A DNA stretch of 32,000 nucleotides, taken from assembly GCA_963692945.1 (NCBI GenBank), contig OY843585.1, forward strand, positions 90,001-122,000, read 5' to 3'. Made by a program: the position numbers and the translations under genes. Shown here piece after piece: positions 1-8,192 of this stretch (positions are counted from its first letter, which is position 1; every line of letters begins with the position of its first letter). Under the pieces are notes generated by a model. It did not search any database and was not told the origin of the DNA. It worked only from the letters and a program-made list of their open reading frames with translations. Origin of the DNA: Bdellovibrionales bacterium. GTDB lineage: Bacteria > Bdellovibrionota > Bdellovibrionia > Bdellovibrionales > UBA1609.

Positions 1-957
1 TAAACTCTCCGAATATTTTTGCCCAGAACTTAACAGCCATTTTAAAAAACCTACAATGACCTGTCCTTTTTCTTTAGGCATTTTTTGAGATATAACAATG
101 TAAGTAAAACCAGCTAAGGGATAAGATTTTTTAGCTTCAGAATAAATTAAAGAGCTTGTAAAAGATTTTGTTTTTTTCAAAGTGTAATCTGCGGCTAATT
201 TAACAGATTTTGTATTAGGAGCAATAAATTCTCCAGCTTTATTTTTAATTTTAGCAGCTGGTAACTTTTGAGACAAAACATAACTTAAAGACAGATAAGT
301 GATAGAGCCTTGGATCTTATTCACTAAACCCATAACTCCTTCATTTCCTTTTCCACCAATACCCACTGGCCAATTCACAGATTTACCTCGCCCTACTTTA
401 CTCAGAAAATCTTTAGAAGTTTTAGACAAAAACTCTGTAAAAAAAGAAGTCGTTCCACTGCCATCGGCACGATAGACAACAACTATAGGTTCTTTAGGAA
501 GGTGGATTGTGGGATTCATTTTTTTAATTTTAGAGTCATCCCATCTTGTAATTTGGCCCATAAAAATCTGAGATAAAGTTTCCCCATCTAAATTTAGAAC
601 TTTTTTTCCTATATTTAAATTATAAGTGACAGCCACTGAACCCAAAGCAGTAGGAATATGAACAATTTTTTTATTTGCTTTCTTTAATTCTTTGTCAGAA
701 ATAGGTACATCCGTTCCTCCAAAATCTAAAGTTCCTTTTAAAAACTGACGGACACCACCTCCACTACCTATAGATTGGTAATTGATAGCCACTGAAGGTT
801 TAATTTTACGGTATTCATACAACCACTTAGAATAAAGAATATAAGGAAAAGAGGCACCAGCACCATTGACTAAAAGAATTTTTTGTTTGTTGTTAGTACA
901 AGAAAGAAAAGTCATCAAAAAAAATAAAATAGATAAAAATTTCAAATAACTCTTCAT
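1..957 (-). CDS. pstS: Phosphate ABC transporter substrate-binding lipoprotein PstS (C-terminus cut by window edge)
   Basis: Absent from the ORF track because it runs off the window. My reverse-strand translation from the ATG (complement of 955-957) reads MKSYLKFLSILFFLMTFLSCTNN (lipobox FLSC). It continues with NGAGASFPYILYSKW, YQSIGSGGGVRQF, DFGGTDVP and VVYRADGSGTTSFFTEFL, and stays open to position 1. These are PstS-family motifs. Confidence 0.85.
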   Translation of the reverse strand, partial: MKSYLKFLSILFFLMTFLSCTNNKQKILLVNGAGASFPYILYSKWLYEYRKIKPSVAINYQSIGSGGGVRQFLKGTLDFGGTDVPISDKELKKANKKIVHIPTALGSVAVTYNLNIGKKVLNLDGETLSQIFMGQITRWDDSKIKKMNPTIHLPKEPIVVVYRADGSGTTSFFTEFLSKTSKDFLSKVGRGKSVNWPVGIGGKGNEGVMGLVNKIQGSITYLSLSYVLSQKLPAAKIKNKAGEFIAPNTKSVKLAADYTLKKTKSFTSSLIYSEAKKSYPLAGFTYIVISQKMPKEKGQVIVGFLKWLLSSGQKYSESL

Positions 958-1104
958 AAAAAAACCCTTCCTTCTAAAAAATTCATCTATTCTTTTTTAA
1001 GCCACTAATAAAGCTTTTAAACTAAACAGATAAGAAAAAAAACCTTTAATTTTGTGTTAAGAGAAAAAACCTTTTAGATTCACAAATTCTAAGGACATAA
1101 GCTT

Positions 1105-1461
1105 CTATTTCTCCTTAGAAAGAGGGTATTTAATAGCATTCTTTTTTAATTTATCCCCCAGACAAGTCGTTAAATCCAGCTTATAAAGTTGAGCAAACCT
1201 CAAAATAAAACATAAAACATCCGCTAATTCTTCTCCAACCTTGATTCTTATCTCCTTATTCTTAACCATCTCTAAACTCTCTTTTTCAGGATAAAAACGA
1301 AAGATTTCCAAAAGCTCGCTAGCCTCAGTGACAATACCAATCGCTAAATCCTTAGGATTATGAGGCTCATCCCAATCTCTTTCCGTACAAAAAACCCTCA
1401 CCTCTTCTTTTAAGTCCTCAATTTTGGCACTATGGTCTTTTAAAAGTTCTTTTTTCATCAT
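1105..1461 (-). CDS. MazG-like nucleotide pyrophosphohydrolase
   Basis: The track ORF is 1105-1512. The probable start is the ATGATG at 1456-1461, preceded by AGGGGG (a Shine-Dalgarno-like sequence). The motifs VTEASELLEIF and EELADVLCFILRFA match the all-alpha MazG/NTP-PPase fold. Confidence 0.8.
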   Translation of the reverse strand: MMKKELLKDHSAKIEDLKEEVRVFCTERDWDEPHNPKDLAIGIVTEASELLEIFRFYPEKESLEMVKNKEIRIKVGEELADVLCFILRFAQLYKLDLTTCLGDKLKKNAIKYPLSKEK

Positions 1462-3283
1462 AAACCCCCTTAAATAAACTAAACAAGTTTGGTAACCGTA
1501 TATAAAAATCATAACGATAAAGTTGCCTTAAAAAAACCTCTGACTTCAAATCTTTTAAGGGTTCAATGTAAAAAACCCCTACAAAAGCAGCTCTCTCGTC
1601 TTTTGGCACAATCCATCCTTTTAACAATTCTTCTTTGGTGTACAAACATCCTGATTGCAAATTTTTTACACCTTTATCTTTTTTACAACTTTTGATATCT
1701 ACTACGCTGGAAATAGGGCTTTTATGAGCATTTAAAAAAATATACCAATATTTTTGAGTAGATTTATTTAAAAAATCTTCTTCCTCTTTTTCTAAATTCA
1801 AAAACAAGTCTCCCCCATAAAACTTCTTCTTGTTTTGCAAATCCACAATAAGAGATTTGTAATAAATATGGTGACCTATTGTAGTGAATTTAAAAGACTT
1901 ATCCTCCCATTTAAAAACTTGGAGAGAATCCATATAAACTGAAGAAAGAATAACATCTACCTTGTATTTTCTTAAATACTCATTAAAAACTCTCTCTTTA
2001 GAAGATTTTGATTCTATATACCAATTGTAACTCTCACTGTTATACAACAAAGCATTAGGATCGTAAACTTTGACAGATGGTCTATGTTTAAAAAAAGCGT
2101 TGAGCTTTTTCATAGTTTTTTTCTGTAGAAAGTTATTGTTATACTTTAAAAATCTATATCCATTATAAGTAGCAAAAAGACTAACATATATATAAGCTCC
2201 CAATAATAAAAACAATTTAAACTTCTGACTGTATTTGGATTGCAATTCAAGCCATGTAGTATCTATAAAAAAGAAAATTAAAAAATAAGGCATCAAAGCA
2301 CATACAAAAAAAGGCTTTTGTTGAGGATGCAATAAAAAAACCAACACCAACAAAATAAAAGAAGTATCTACTGAACTCCACTTTCTTTCTCTCTTTAGAA
2401 GCAGAGAATAAATTAGAAACCCTATTTTTAACAATATAAGAAAAAACAGAAATAAATTTTTCTGGATAAAAAGACTAATGTAAGAAAATTTTGAAAATAA
2501 ATTTAAAATTCCTTTGTTCTGAAGAAATAACAAACTATCTCTTATATTTAACAAATAATAAGACATTGATGCCTTTAAAGCTTTCAAGAAAAGAGGGTCT
2601 TGAAATAGAAAACTCAAAATAAGAAAAAAAGCAAAGACTATACCTATATATTTTAAATAGATTAATCTAGAAAATTTATATTTTTTTAATTCGTAAAATA
2701 GAAGGCTAGAAGAAAAGATAACCCAGTAAATACTTTTTGGAGAAACAATCAATACTCCAAAAAAAAGAAAGAAAACAACTAAAAGTCTTCTATAATTTTT
2801 ACTATGAAGCCAATAATTTGCCAAAAACAAACTACATAAGTTTAAAGTAGAAACTAAAATATCTGACCGAACACGATAACCTCTTTCTAAAAAAATAAAA
2901 GAACCCATAAAAATTAAAGCGGCTAAAATAGCATTGTAATTATTGGATTTTCTTTGTATGAACAAAGTCATCAGCATCAAAAGACTAAAACCATTGATTG
3001 AGAATAAAACTCTAGCTATATCCATAGGATATAAAGAAAAAATCTCTGAAATCTTATAAGAAATATAAAGAAGAAAATTGTAACCTAATTTTAAAGAAAA
3101 AAGATAATTCAATCTATCTGGTGAAAAAAGATTTTTAGCAGAATGAGCAGGATAAATTTCTGAATGTGACCAATAACTTATTAAACCAATCCATAAAAAA
3201 AATATAAAAAACAAAACAGAAAAAAGAAAAAAATTCCTTGAAAGAGATTCTCTGAAAAACAAATAAAAAGGTTTTTTAAACAT
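1430..3283 (-). CDS. Integral-membrane GT-C-fold glycosyltransferase (ArnT/PMT-like architecture)
   Basis: The 617-aa ORF has an N-terminal region of about 370 aa that is a run of hydrophobic helices with short loops, and a C-terminal soluble domain of about 240 aa. The assignment rests on architecture only. Its 3' end overlaps the MazG-like start by about 32 nt. Confidence 0.5.
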   Translation of the reverse strand: MFKKPFYLFFRESLSRNFFLFSVLFFIFFLWIGLISYWSHSEIYPAHSAKNLFSPDRLNYLFSLKLGYNFLLYISYKISEIFSLYPMDIARVLFSINGFSLLMLMTLFIQRKSNNYNAILAALIFMGSFIFLERGYRVRSDILVSTLNLCSLFLANYWLHSKNYRRLLVVFFLFFGVLIVSPKSIYWVIFSSSLLFYELKKYKFSRLIYLKYIGIVFAFFLILSFLFQDPLFLKALKASMSYYLLNIRDSLLFLQNKGILNLFSKFSYISLFIQKNLFLFFLILLKIGFLIYSLLLKRERKWSSVDTSFILLVLVFLLHPQQKPFFVCALMPYFLIFFFIDTTWLELQSKYSQKFKLFLLLGAYIYVSLFATYNGYRFLKYNNNFLQKKTMKKLNAFFKHRPSVKVYDPNALLYNSESYNWYIESKSSKERVFNEYLRKYKVDVILSSVYMDSLQVFKWEDKSFKFTTIGHHIYYKSLIVDLQNKKKFYGGDLFLNLEKEEEDFLNKSTQKYWYIFLNAHKSPISSVVDIKSCKKDKGVKNLQSGCLYTKEELLKGWIVPKDERAAFVGVFYIEPLKDLKSEVFLRQLYRYDFYIRLPNLFSLFKGVYDEKRTFKRP

Positions 3284-3374
3284 AATTTAATCTTTATGAC
3301 TTTAAAAAAATGAGTCAATTTAAAAAAACCTTTAGTGAACTAGACCTCTTTATGATACATATCTTTTAAAACCT

Positions 3375-4211
3375 ATGAATAAGACCACCTATACACCATC
3401 ACTCTCTGTAATCCTCTCTTGTAAAGGTGAAATAGATATCTTAACTGAAAATTTACAAGCCTTAGACCAACAAGACTTAAATAAAAACCTATGGAATCTT
3501 GTTTTCATTATGTTTGAAAATCAATTTAAAAAAATCCTTTCTATAGATAAATTGAAACTTTTTCCACATTATGAATATCTTATTCTATCTCAAAAAAAAC
3601 CTATCTATGAATTAAGAAACAAAGCTCTTGAAAATATAAAATCCCCTATTCTTTATTTTATTGATGAAGACACTATTTTAAATCATAAAAATCAACTCTC
3701 TCAAATTGTAAAACTACATAATACTTACCCCAATACAACTGTTATAGGTGGGAGCTATACAAACCATCCTAATTGCTCTTTATGGGGTCGTAGCTACAAC
3801 TGGATCGCTTCTTTATGGATGACTGTCCACCCTTATTACTTGCCAGCAGGCAATCTATCCTTAAAAAACAAAAAATTTAAAAGCCGTTTTTACAGCCCTC
3901 AACCAGAAGGCTTTGGTGGAGAAGAGGTTTATTTTTTAGAGCAACTAAAGAAAGAAAATCTTAAAATTTTACAAATAAAAGATATAGATATTTTCCATTT
4001 AGCAAAACACTCTATGAAAGAGTTTTATTCAAGAGTTTTTTGCCATGCTTATAGTTTAGCCTTTCAAAAAAATAGAAAAAGCCACTGGCAATTATTTAAA
4101 CTTTTTTTTAATCAACGAGGAACATTTTTGATAAAAACAATTTCTCTTTCTTATCTACTAGGAGTTAAACTTTTATCTTTCTATTATAAATTAATAAAAA
4201 AAAAGAGATAA
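3375..4211 (+). CDS. Family-2 glycosyltransferase with C-terminal hydrophobic helix
   Basis: The N-terminus LSVILSCKGEIDILTENLQALDQQ matches the GT2 beta1-alpha1 pattern. It has a DxD-type motif (YFIDEDTIL) and a C-terminal hydrophobic segment (FLIKTISLSYLLGVKLLSFYY). Confidence 0.7.
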   Translation: MNKTTYTPSLSVILSCKGEIDILTENLQALDQQDLNKNLWNLVFIMFENQFKKILSIDKLKLFPHYEYLILSQKKPIYELRNKALENIKSPILYFIDEDTILNHKNQLSQIVKLHNTYPNTTVIGGSYTNHPNCSLWGRSYNWIASLWMTVHPYYLPAGNLSLKNKKFKSRFYSPQPEGFGGEEVYFLEQLKKENLKILQIKDIDIFHLAKHSMKEFYSRVFCHAYSLAFQKNRKSHWQLFKLFFNQRGTFLIKTISLSYLLGVKLLSFYYKLIKKKR

Positions 4212-4264
4212 TCAGAAATTCTTCAAGCCAAAAAAGAGATTTTCTAAGTAAGTTTTAGTTTTCT

Positions 4265-5557
4265 CTATTCTTCACAAATAACATTTAATTCTAAATCCGA
4301 TGTCAAAGAAACCTGACCTGCTGTTAGTATTAAAGTCCGACCTTCAATCTCATAGCTCAATCTTCTGTTATGACCATTGACTTTAAATTGAATTTGTTCA
4401 GGATTAGAACAAGGCAAAAAAGCTCTAGTGGTATCTGCATAGAGAGCTATTTTTCCCAGTTGAGAACCATATTTACGATTACAAATAGAAATCACATTTC
4501 CTCTTAGTAAATTTCCATACCTCAAAAGAGATTTATCTCGTGCTTTAGAAAGTCTTGCATACTCTTCACCATAATAACCACGACCAGAGCCAGAACCAGC
4601 ACCACTATTTTTTACTTGCCGGTTGTAACAAGAATGATCTCCCGGTGGGATAATAATAGAGTGAAAACTAAAACTTTTTAAATCACCAAATTTGCGATAC
4701 ACATTATCCACTAAAACTTCTGGATAATCATTATCTTCAAATTGATAAGAGTTATCGCCTTCTTCAAATTTATTTGCTATGTATCGTGATGAGCTTCTTT
4801 CATCTTCATCTGAGATAATCACCATCATTAAATGAGATTCTCCTGTTCTAAAAAAAGAACTGTGATTTGGATTTTCAAGAGCTAAATTCAAAGCAAAAAT
4901 ACCTCGCTCATCATGACTTGGACAAGGGGAGTTAGGAGAATGGATTTTCGGTTTATCTACACCATATTGAAAGTAGTACTCGTCACTTGCACTATGATCT
5001 CCACTACTGCTATCACAGGCAATAGTCTCTGGACGAACAAGGACATCTGTAAAACTCTGAATATCTCTATCAGAAGCATAAGACCCTATCCTAGAATTTC
5101 TTAGGAAAGGACGACCACCAATAGGAATAAATTTTCCATCTTGATAAGCAGCACCGCTTACAGGATTATTAGGGGAACTACTAATATCTGTTGTTATAAT
5201 GGCTATACGATAATCTAAATATTTAATATCATCTAAAAAATATTTAAACTGCTTTGCTAAATTTGTATGCTCTTCATGCATAGAACTTGAATTATCCACA
5301 ACAAATAGGATATCTATCTTACCTAAAGGAATACGGTACTTAAATTCTAAAAACCTTCTATCTATCTCATCACTAGGAGTTTGAGGATTTTCCACAGGTA
5401 TTCTTCCACAATCCGCACTAGATTTTCCTAAAACACCAACAAAATCAGAACAACTGACTGTTTTAAGACTACCAAAATAAGTGTCTGAACAACCTATCAT
5501 GTATAAAATAACAATGACAACAAAGGCTGCTAAAATTTTAATGATATGTTTCAACAT
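4265..5557 (-). CDS. Secreted lipoprotein with von Willebrand factor A-like domain (intact MIDAS)
   Basis: The track ORF is 4265-5581. The likely start is the ATG at 5555-5557, which gives MLKHIIKILAAFVVIVILYMIGC (lipobox MIGC). The sequence DILFVVDNSSSMHEE is a DxSxS MIDAS motif. A later ISDEDE segment is typical of VWA folds. Confidence 0.6.
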   Translation of the reverse strand: MLKHIIKILAAFVVIVILYMIGCSDTYFGSLKTVSCSDFVGVLGKSSADCGRIPVENPQTPSDEIDRRFLEFKYRIPLGKIDILFVVDNSSSMHEEHTNLAKQFKYFLDDIKYLDYRIAIITTDISSSPNNPVSGAAYQDGKFIPIGGRPFLRNSRIGSYASDRDIQSFTDVLVRPETIACDSSSGDHSASDEYYFQYGVDKPKIHSPNSPCPSHDERGIFALNLALENPNHSSFFRTGESHLMMVIISDEDERSSSRYIANKFEEGDNSYQFEDNDYPEVLVDNVYRKFGDLKSFSFHSIIIPPGDHSCYNRQVKNSGAGSGSGRGYYGEEYARLSKARDKSLLRYGNLLRGNVISICNRKYGSQLGKIALYADTTRAFLPCSNPEQIQFKVNGHNRRLSYEIEGRTLILTAGQVSLTSDLELNVICEE

Positions 5558-5624
5558 GATATTCTCTTCATTATACAACATAGGCTTCTATTTATAAAAC
5601 GGCTATTTCACCAAAAACTATTAA

Positions 5625-5649
5625 CAAAAAAAATGAACACCATTCATTT
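5625..5649 (-). terminator. Possible weak intrinsic terminator after rpe
   Basis: The minus strand reads AAATGAA-tggtg-TTCATTT followed by a T-run. The stem contains only A-T pairs, and the site lies about 150 nt downstream of the rpe stop. Confidence 0.3.
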
Positions 5650-5791
5650 CTTGAAAAAACTAGACCTTTGTAGCTCTTTTTATTGAAGATTTTTAAGAAT
5701 ATCTTCTACTTTGTATTAGATTTAATTTCTTATTTTCTTTTTCCTATTAATTTTCAATACGATTTATAAACGGAAATCACAGTTTTATGAA

Positions 5792-6433
5792 CTAAATTTT
5801 AAGGCTCTCTATAGCTTTAGCATAGTTATTATTTTTAAAAATGTAACTTCCAGATACTAAAACATCAGCTGATTTTACATGTTTTACTGTTTGAGGAGTG
5901 ATTCCACCATCAACTTCAATAAGTGGCATAGATTTTTTATTTCTTATTTTAGATTTCAGTTCTTTCACTTTTTTAGCCTGTTCCTTCAAAAACAGTTGCC
6001 CACCCTTACCAGGTTCCACCGTCATAATTAAAACCAAATCCAATACATCTAAAAATGGAGTTATTTTTGATAAAGGAGTTGAAGGCTTCAAACTCAAACC
6101 TGCCTTCATACCTAGTGATTGTATTTGTTTAATCACTTTTAAAGGTTTTGAAACCGCCTCTATATGTACAGTCAGATAGTCCGCCCCAGCTTGTGCAAAA
6201 TCCTCTATAAACTTGTCCGGCTTGTTTATCATAAGATGAACATCAAAAGGCAAGGTTGTATGAGGACGAAGAGATTTTATAATAGGAGCTCCTAATGTAA
6301 GATTAGGGACAAAATGTCCGTCCATAACATCAATATGTATCCAATCTGCTCCCGCTTTTTCAATAGAGCGAATCTCTTCTCCTAACTTAGAAAAATCAGA
6401 TGACAATAAACTTGGTGCAACTAAAAATGACAC
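5792..6433 (-). CDS. rpe: Ribulose-phosphate 3-epimerase
   Basis: PSLLSSDFSKLGEEI, HIDVMDGHFVPNLTLG and MTVEPGKGGQ are canonical Rpe motifs. The position downstream of def-fmt is a conserved arrangement. Confidence 0.95.
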   Translation of the reverse strand: MSFLVAPSLLSSDFSKLGEEIRSIEKAGADWIHIDVMDGHFVPNLTLGAPIIKSLRPHTTLPFDVHLMINKPDKFIEDFAQAGADYLTVHIEAVSKPLKVIKQIQSLGMKAGLSLKPSTPLSKITPFLDVLDLVLIMTVEPGKGGQLFLKEQAKKVKELKSKIRNKKSMPLIEVDGGITPQTVKHVKSADVLVSGSYIFKNNNYAKAIESLKI

Positions 6434-6436
6434 TCT

Positions 6437-7420
6437 CTAATCTCCTTTCACTCCTAAGGTATCACCTAACTTGATAGAAACCCCTTTTAAAAACTCTTCA
6501 ATCTTTTGCTTTTTTCGTCCTTCTCTTTGCACTTCCAATAAGCTTAAGGCAAGGGTTCCACAAGAAAGAACCAATTGACTTTTATCTAATACTACAACTT
6601 CTCCAGCAGAAATTAAAGAAAGAGATTTATCTAACGCTTTCTCTTTTTGCAAAAAACTTATATCTAACACCTTAGTTTTATAAATTTTTAGTCTTTGCCC
6701 ATTAAAAAAAGTAAAAGCTTGAAGATCTAAAACTAAGGCTCTCACTTTATTATGTATTTTTAGTGCTGATTCACTCCAATCTATTTCTGCTTCCTTTTTT
6801 TCTATCTTATGAGCATAACAAGCTTGTTCTTCCAATTGAGCTTGAGGGTTTAACTCTCCCTTCAGATAAGAAACCAAATCCTCTTGCAGTAATTTTTTTG
6901 AGGCCTTTTCTGCTTTTTTGTAAACCTCTTTTGCCGTCTCATCCTCTTCAATAGGAAAAGAAACTTTTCCTATAATATCTCCTGCATCCAACCTTTCTCC
7001 AATACATTGTAAAGACACACCTGTCTCATTGTCTCCATTCATTAAACACCTTTCAATAGGAGCCGCTCCCCTCCAAAGTGGTAAAAGACTAGGATGTATA
7101 TTCACACTTTGTTTAGGAAACAATTTCAAAAAAGTCTTTGGCAAAATCTTTCCATAAGCACAAACAATCGCAAAGTGACTTCTTATTTTAGAAATCTCTT
7201 TTAAAAAACTCTCTTCTGATAATTTTTCGGGAGTAAAAATAGGTTTATTTAATTTTTCACTAAAGACTTTAACGGCTGAGTTTTGCCACTTCATCCCCCG
7301 ACCTCTTTGACGATCAGGAACAGTCACGATGGCTTGAATTTTAAAATATTCCGACTCCAATAAATATTCCAAGCACTTAACAGAAAAATCAGATGTTCCA
7401 ATAAAAATTACAGGTGTCAC
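6437..7420 (-). CDS. fmt: Methionyl-tRNA formyltransferase
   Basis: The protein contains NIHPSLLPLWRGAAPIERCLMNGDNETGVSLQ, plus an N-terminal formyltransferase domain and a C-terminal domain. It overlaps def by 4 nt. Confidence 0.95.
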   Translation of the reverse strand: MTPVIFIGTSDFSVKCLEYLLESEYFKIQAIVTVPDRQRGRGMKWQNSAVKVFSEKLNKPIFTPEKLSEESFLKEISKIRSHFAIVCAYGKILPKTFLKLFPKQSVNIHPSLLPLWRGAAPIERCLMNGDNETGVSLQCIGERLDAGDIIGKVSFPIEEDETAKEVYKKAEKASKKLLQEDLVSYLKGELNPQAQLEEQACYAHKIEKKEAEIDWSESALKIHNKVRALVLDLQAFTFFNGQRLKIYKTKVLDISFLQKEKALDKSLSLISAGEVVVLDKSQLVLSCGTLALSLLEVQREGRKKQKIEEFLKGVSIKLGDTLGVKGD

Positions 7421-8025
7421 CGTGATTCATTACTTTTAGATTCAATAGCAGATTCATCTGGATAACCATGCTTTTTGATCTCTTCCCTAAGTCGTGCCGA
7501 TTTCATGGGACTTAAATGATCAATAAAAAGTTTCCCATCTAAATGATCAATCTCATGTTGAAGACAAATAGATAATAACCCATCTGTTTTAATAAAAATC
7601 TCCTCATTTTTTTCATTAAGTGCTTTCACATGAACCACTTCTGCCCTTTTAACATCTGCATAATAAGAAGGAAAACTTAAACAACCCTCTTGATAAATAA
7701 CAAAACCTTGTTTCTCAATAACTTCAGGATTAAATAGTATAAGAGGTTGTTTAATCTTAGGAACTAATTTTTGAGTGAGCCCTTTGGAATCATAACGATT
7801 TTCTACATCTCCTATATCCTCATCTAATTCTGAACTTGTGTCAGCGACTAGTAGCCGAACTTGCCTATTAACCTGTATAGCTGCCAAACCTACACCTTTT
7901 TTTGCGTACATTATTTCCAACATATCCTTTCCCAACTGAACCCATTCTGATGTCACTTTATCTATGGGCTTGGCCTTGTAACGCAAGCGAGAATCTGGAA
8001 ATTTTAAAACTTCTAATTTGTTCAT
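7417..8025 (-). CDS. def: Peptide deformylase
   Basis: All three Def motifs are present: GVGLAAIQV, EGCLSFP and QHEIDHL. Confidence 0.95.
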   Translation of the reverse strand: MNKLEVLKFPDSRLRYKAKPIDKVTSEWVQLGKDMLEIMYAKKGVGLAAIQVNRQVRLLVADTSSELDEDIGDVENRYDSKGLTQKLVPKIKQPLILFNPEVIEKQGFVIYQEGCLSFPSYYADVKRAEVVHVKALNEKNEEIFIKTDGLLSICLQHEIDHLDGKLFIDHLSPMKSARLREEIKKHGYPDESAIESKSNESR

Positions 8026-8192
8026 AAAGGTCTCCTAATTTATATCAAAATTTAAAGAAAAATACCATGAAGCTGTTATTTACACAATTTTTTTGTAAGA
8101 TTTAACTCCCTTATACTTGCAAAATGATTTTTAGAATGTCAATCTATACTCCTATATAAACTACTTCTAAAAAATAAAGGAGACTTTATAGC

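Noticed and set aside
1036-1078. A recurring AAAAAACCTTT(T)A oligomer in intergenic regions, at about 1036, 1064, 3322 and 28546.
   Set aside because: The same string arises repeatedly in coding sequence from Lys-Lys-Pro-Phe/Leu codons (for example at about 3262-3275, about 8479-8486 and about 20238-20250). It is low-complexity and shows no consistent position or orientation relative to genes.
3301-3335. TTTAAAAAAA repeated 17-18 nt apart in the GT-C/GT2 divergent promoter region.
   Set aside because: Homopolymer-rich low complexity like this is typical of AT-rich promoters (UP-element-like). It is not distinctive enough to call a binding site.
5590-5781. A direct repeat, ATTTATAAA(A)CGG, at 5590-5602 and 5762-5773. 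It flanks the 5582-5791 intergenic region and could be a target-site duplication or a repeated operator.
   Set aside because: Only about 12 nt match, mostly A/T, with an indel. Nothing between the copies resembles a mobile element. The significance is borderline.
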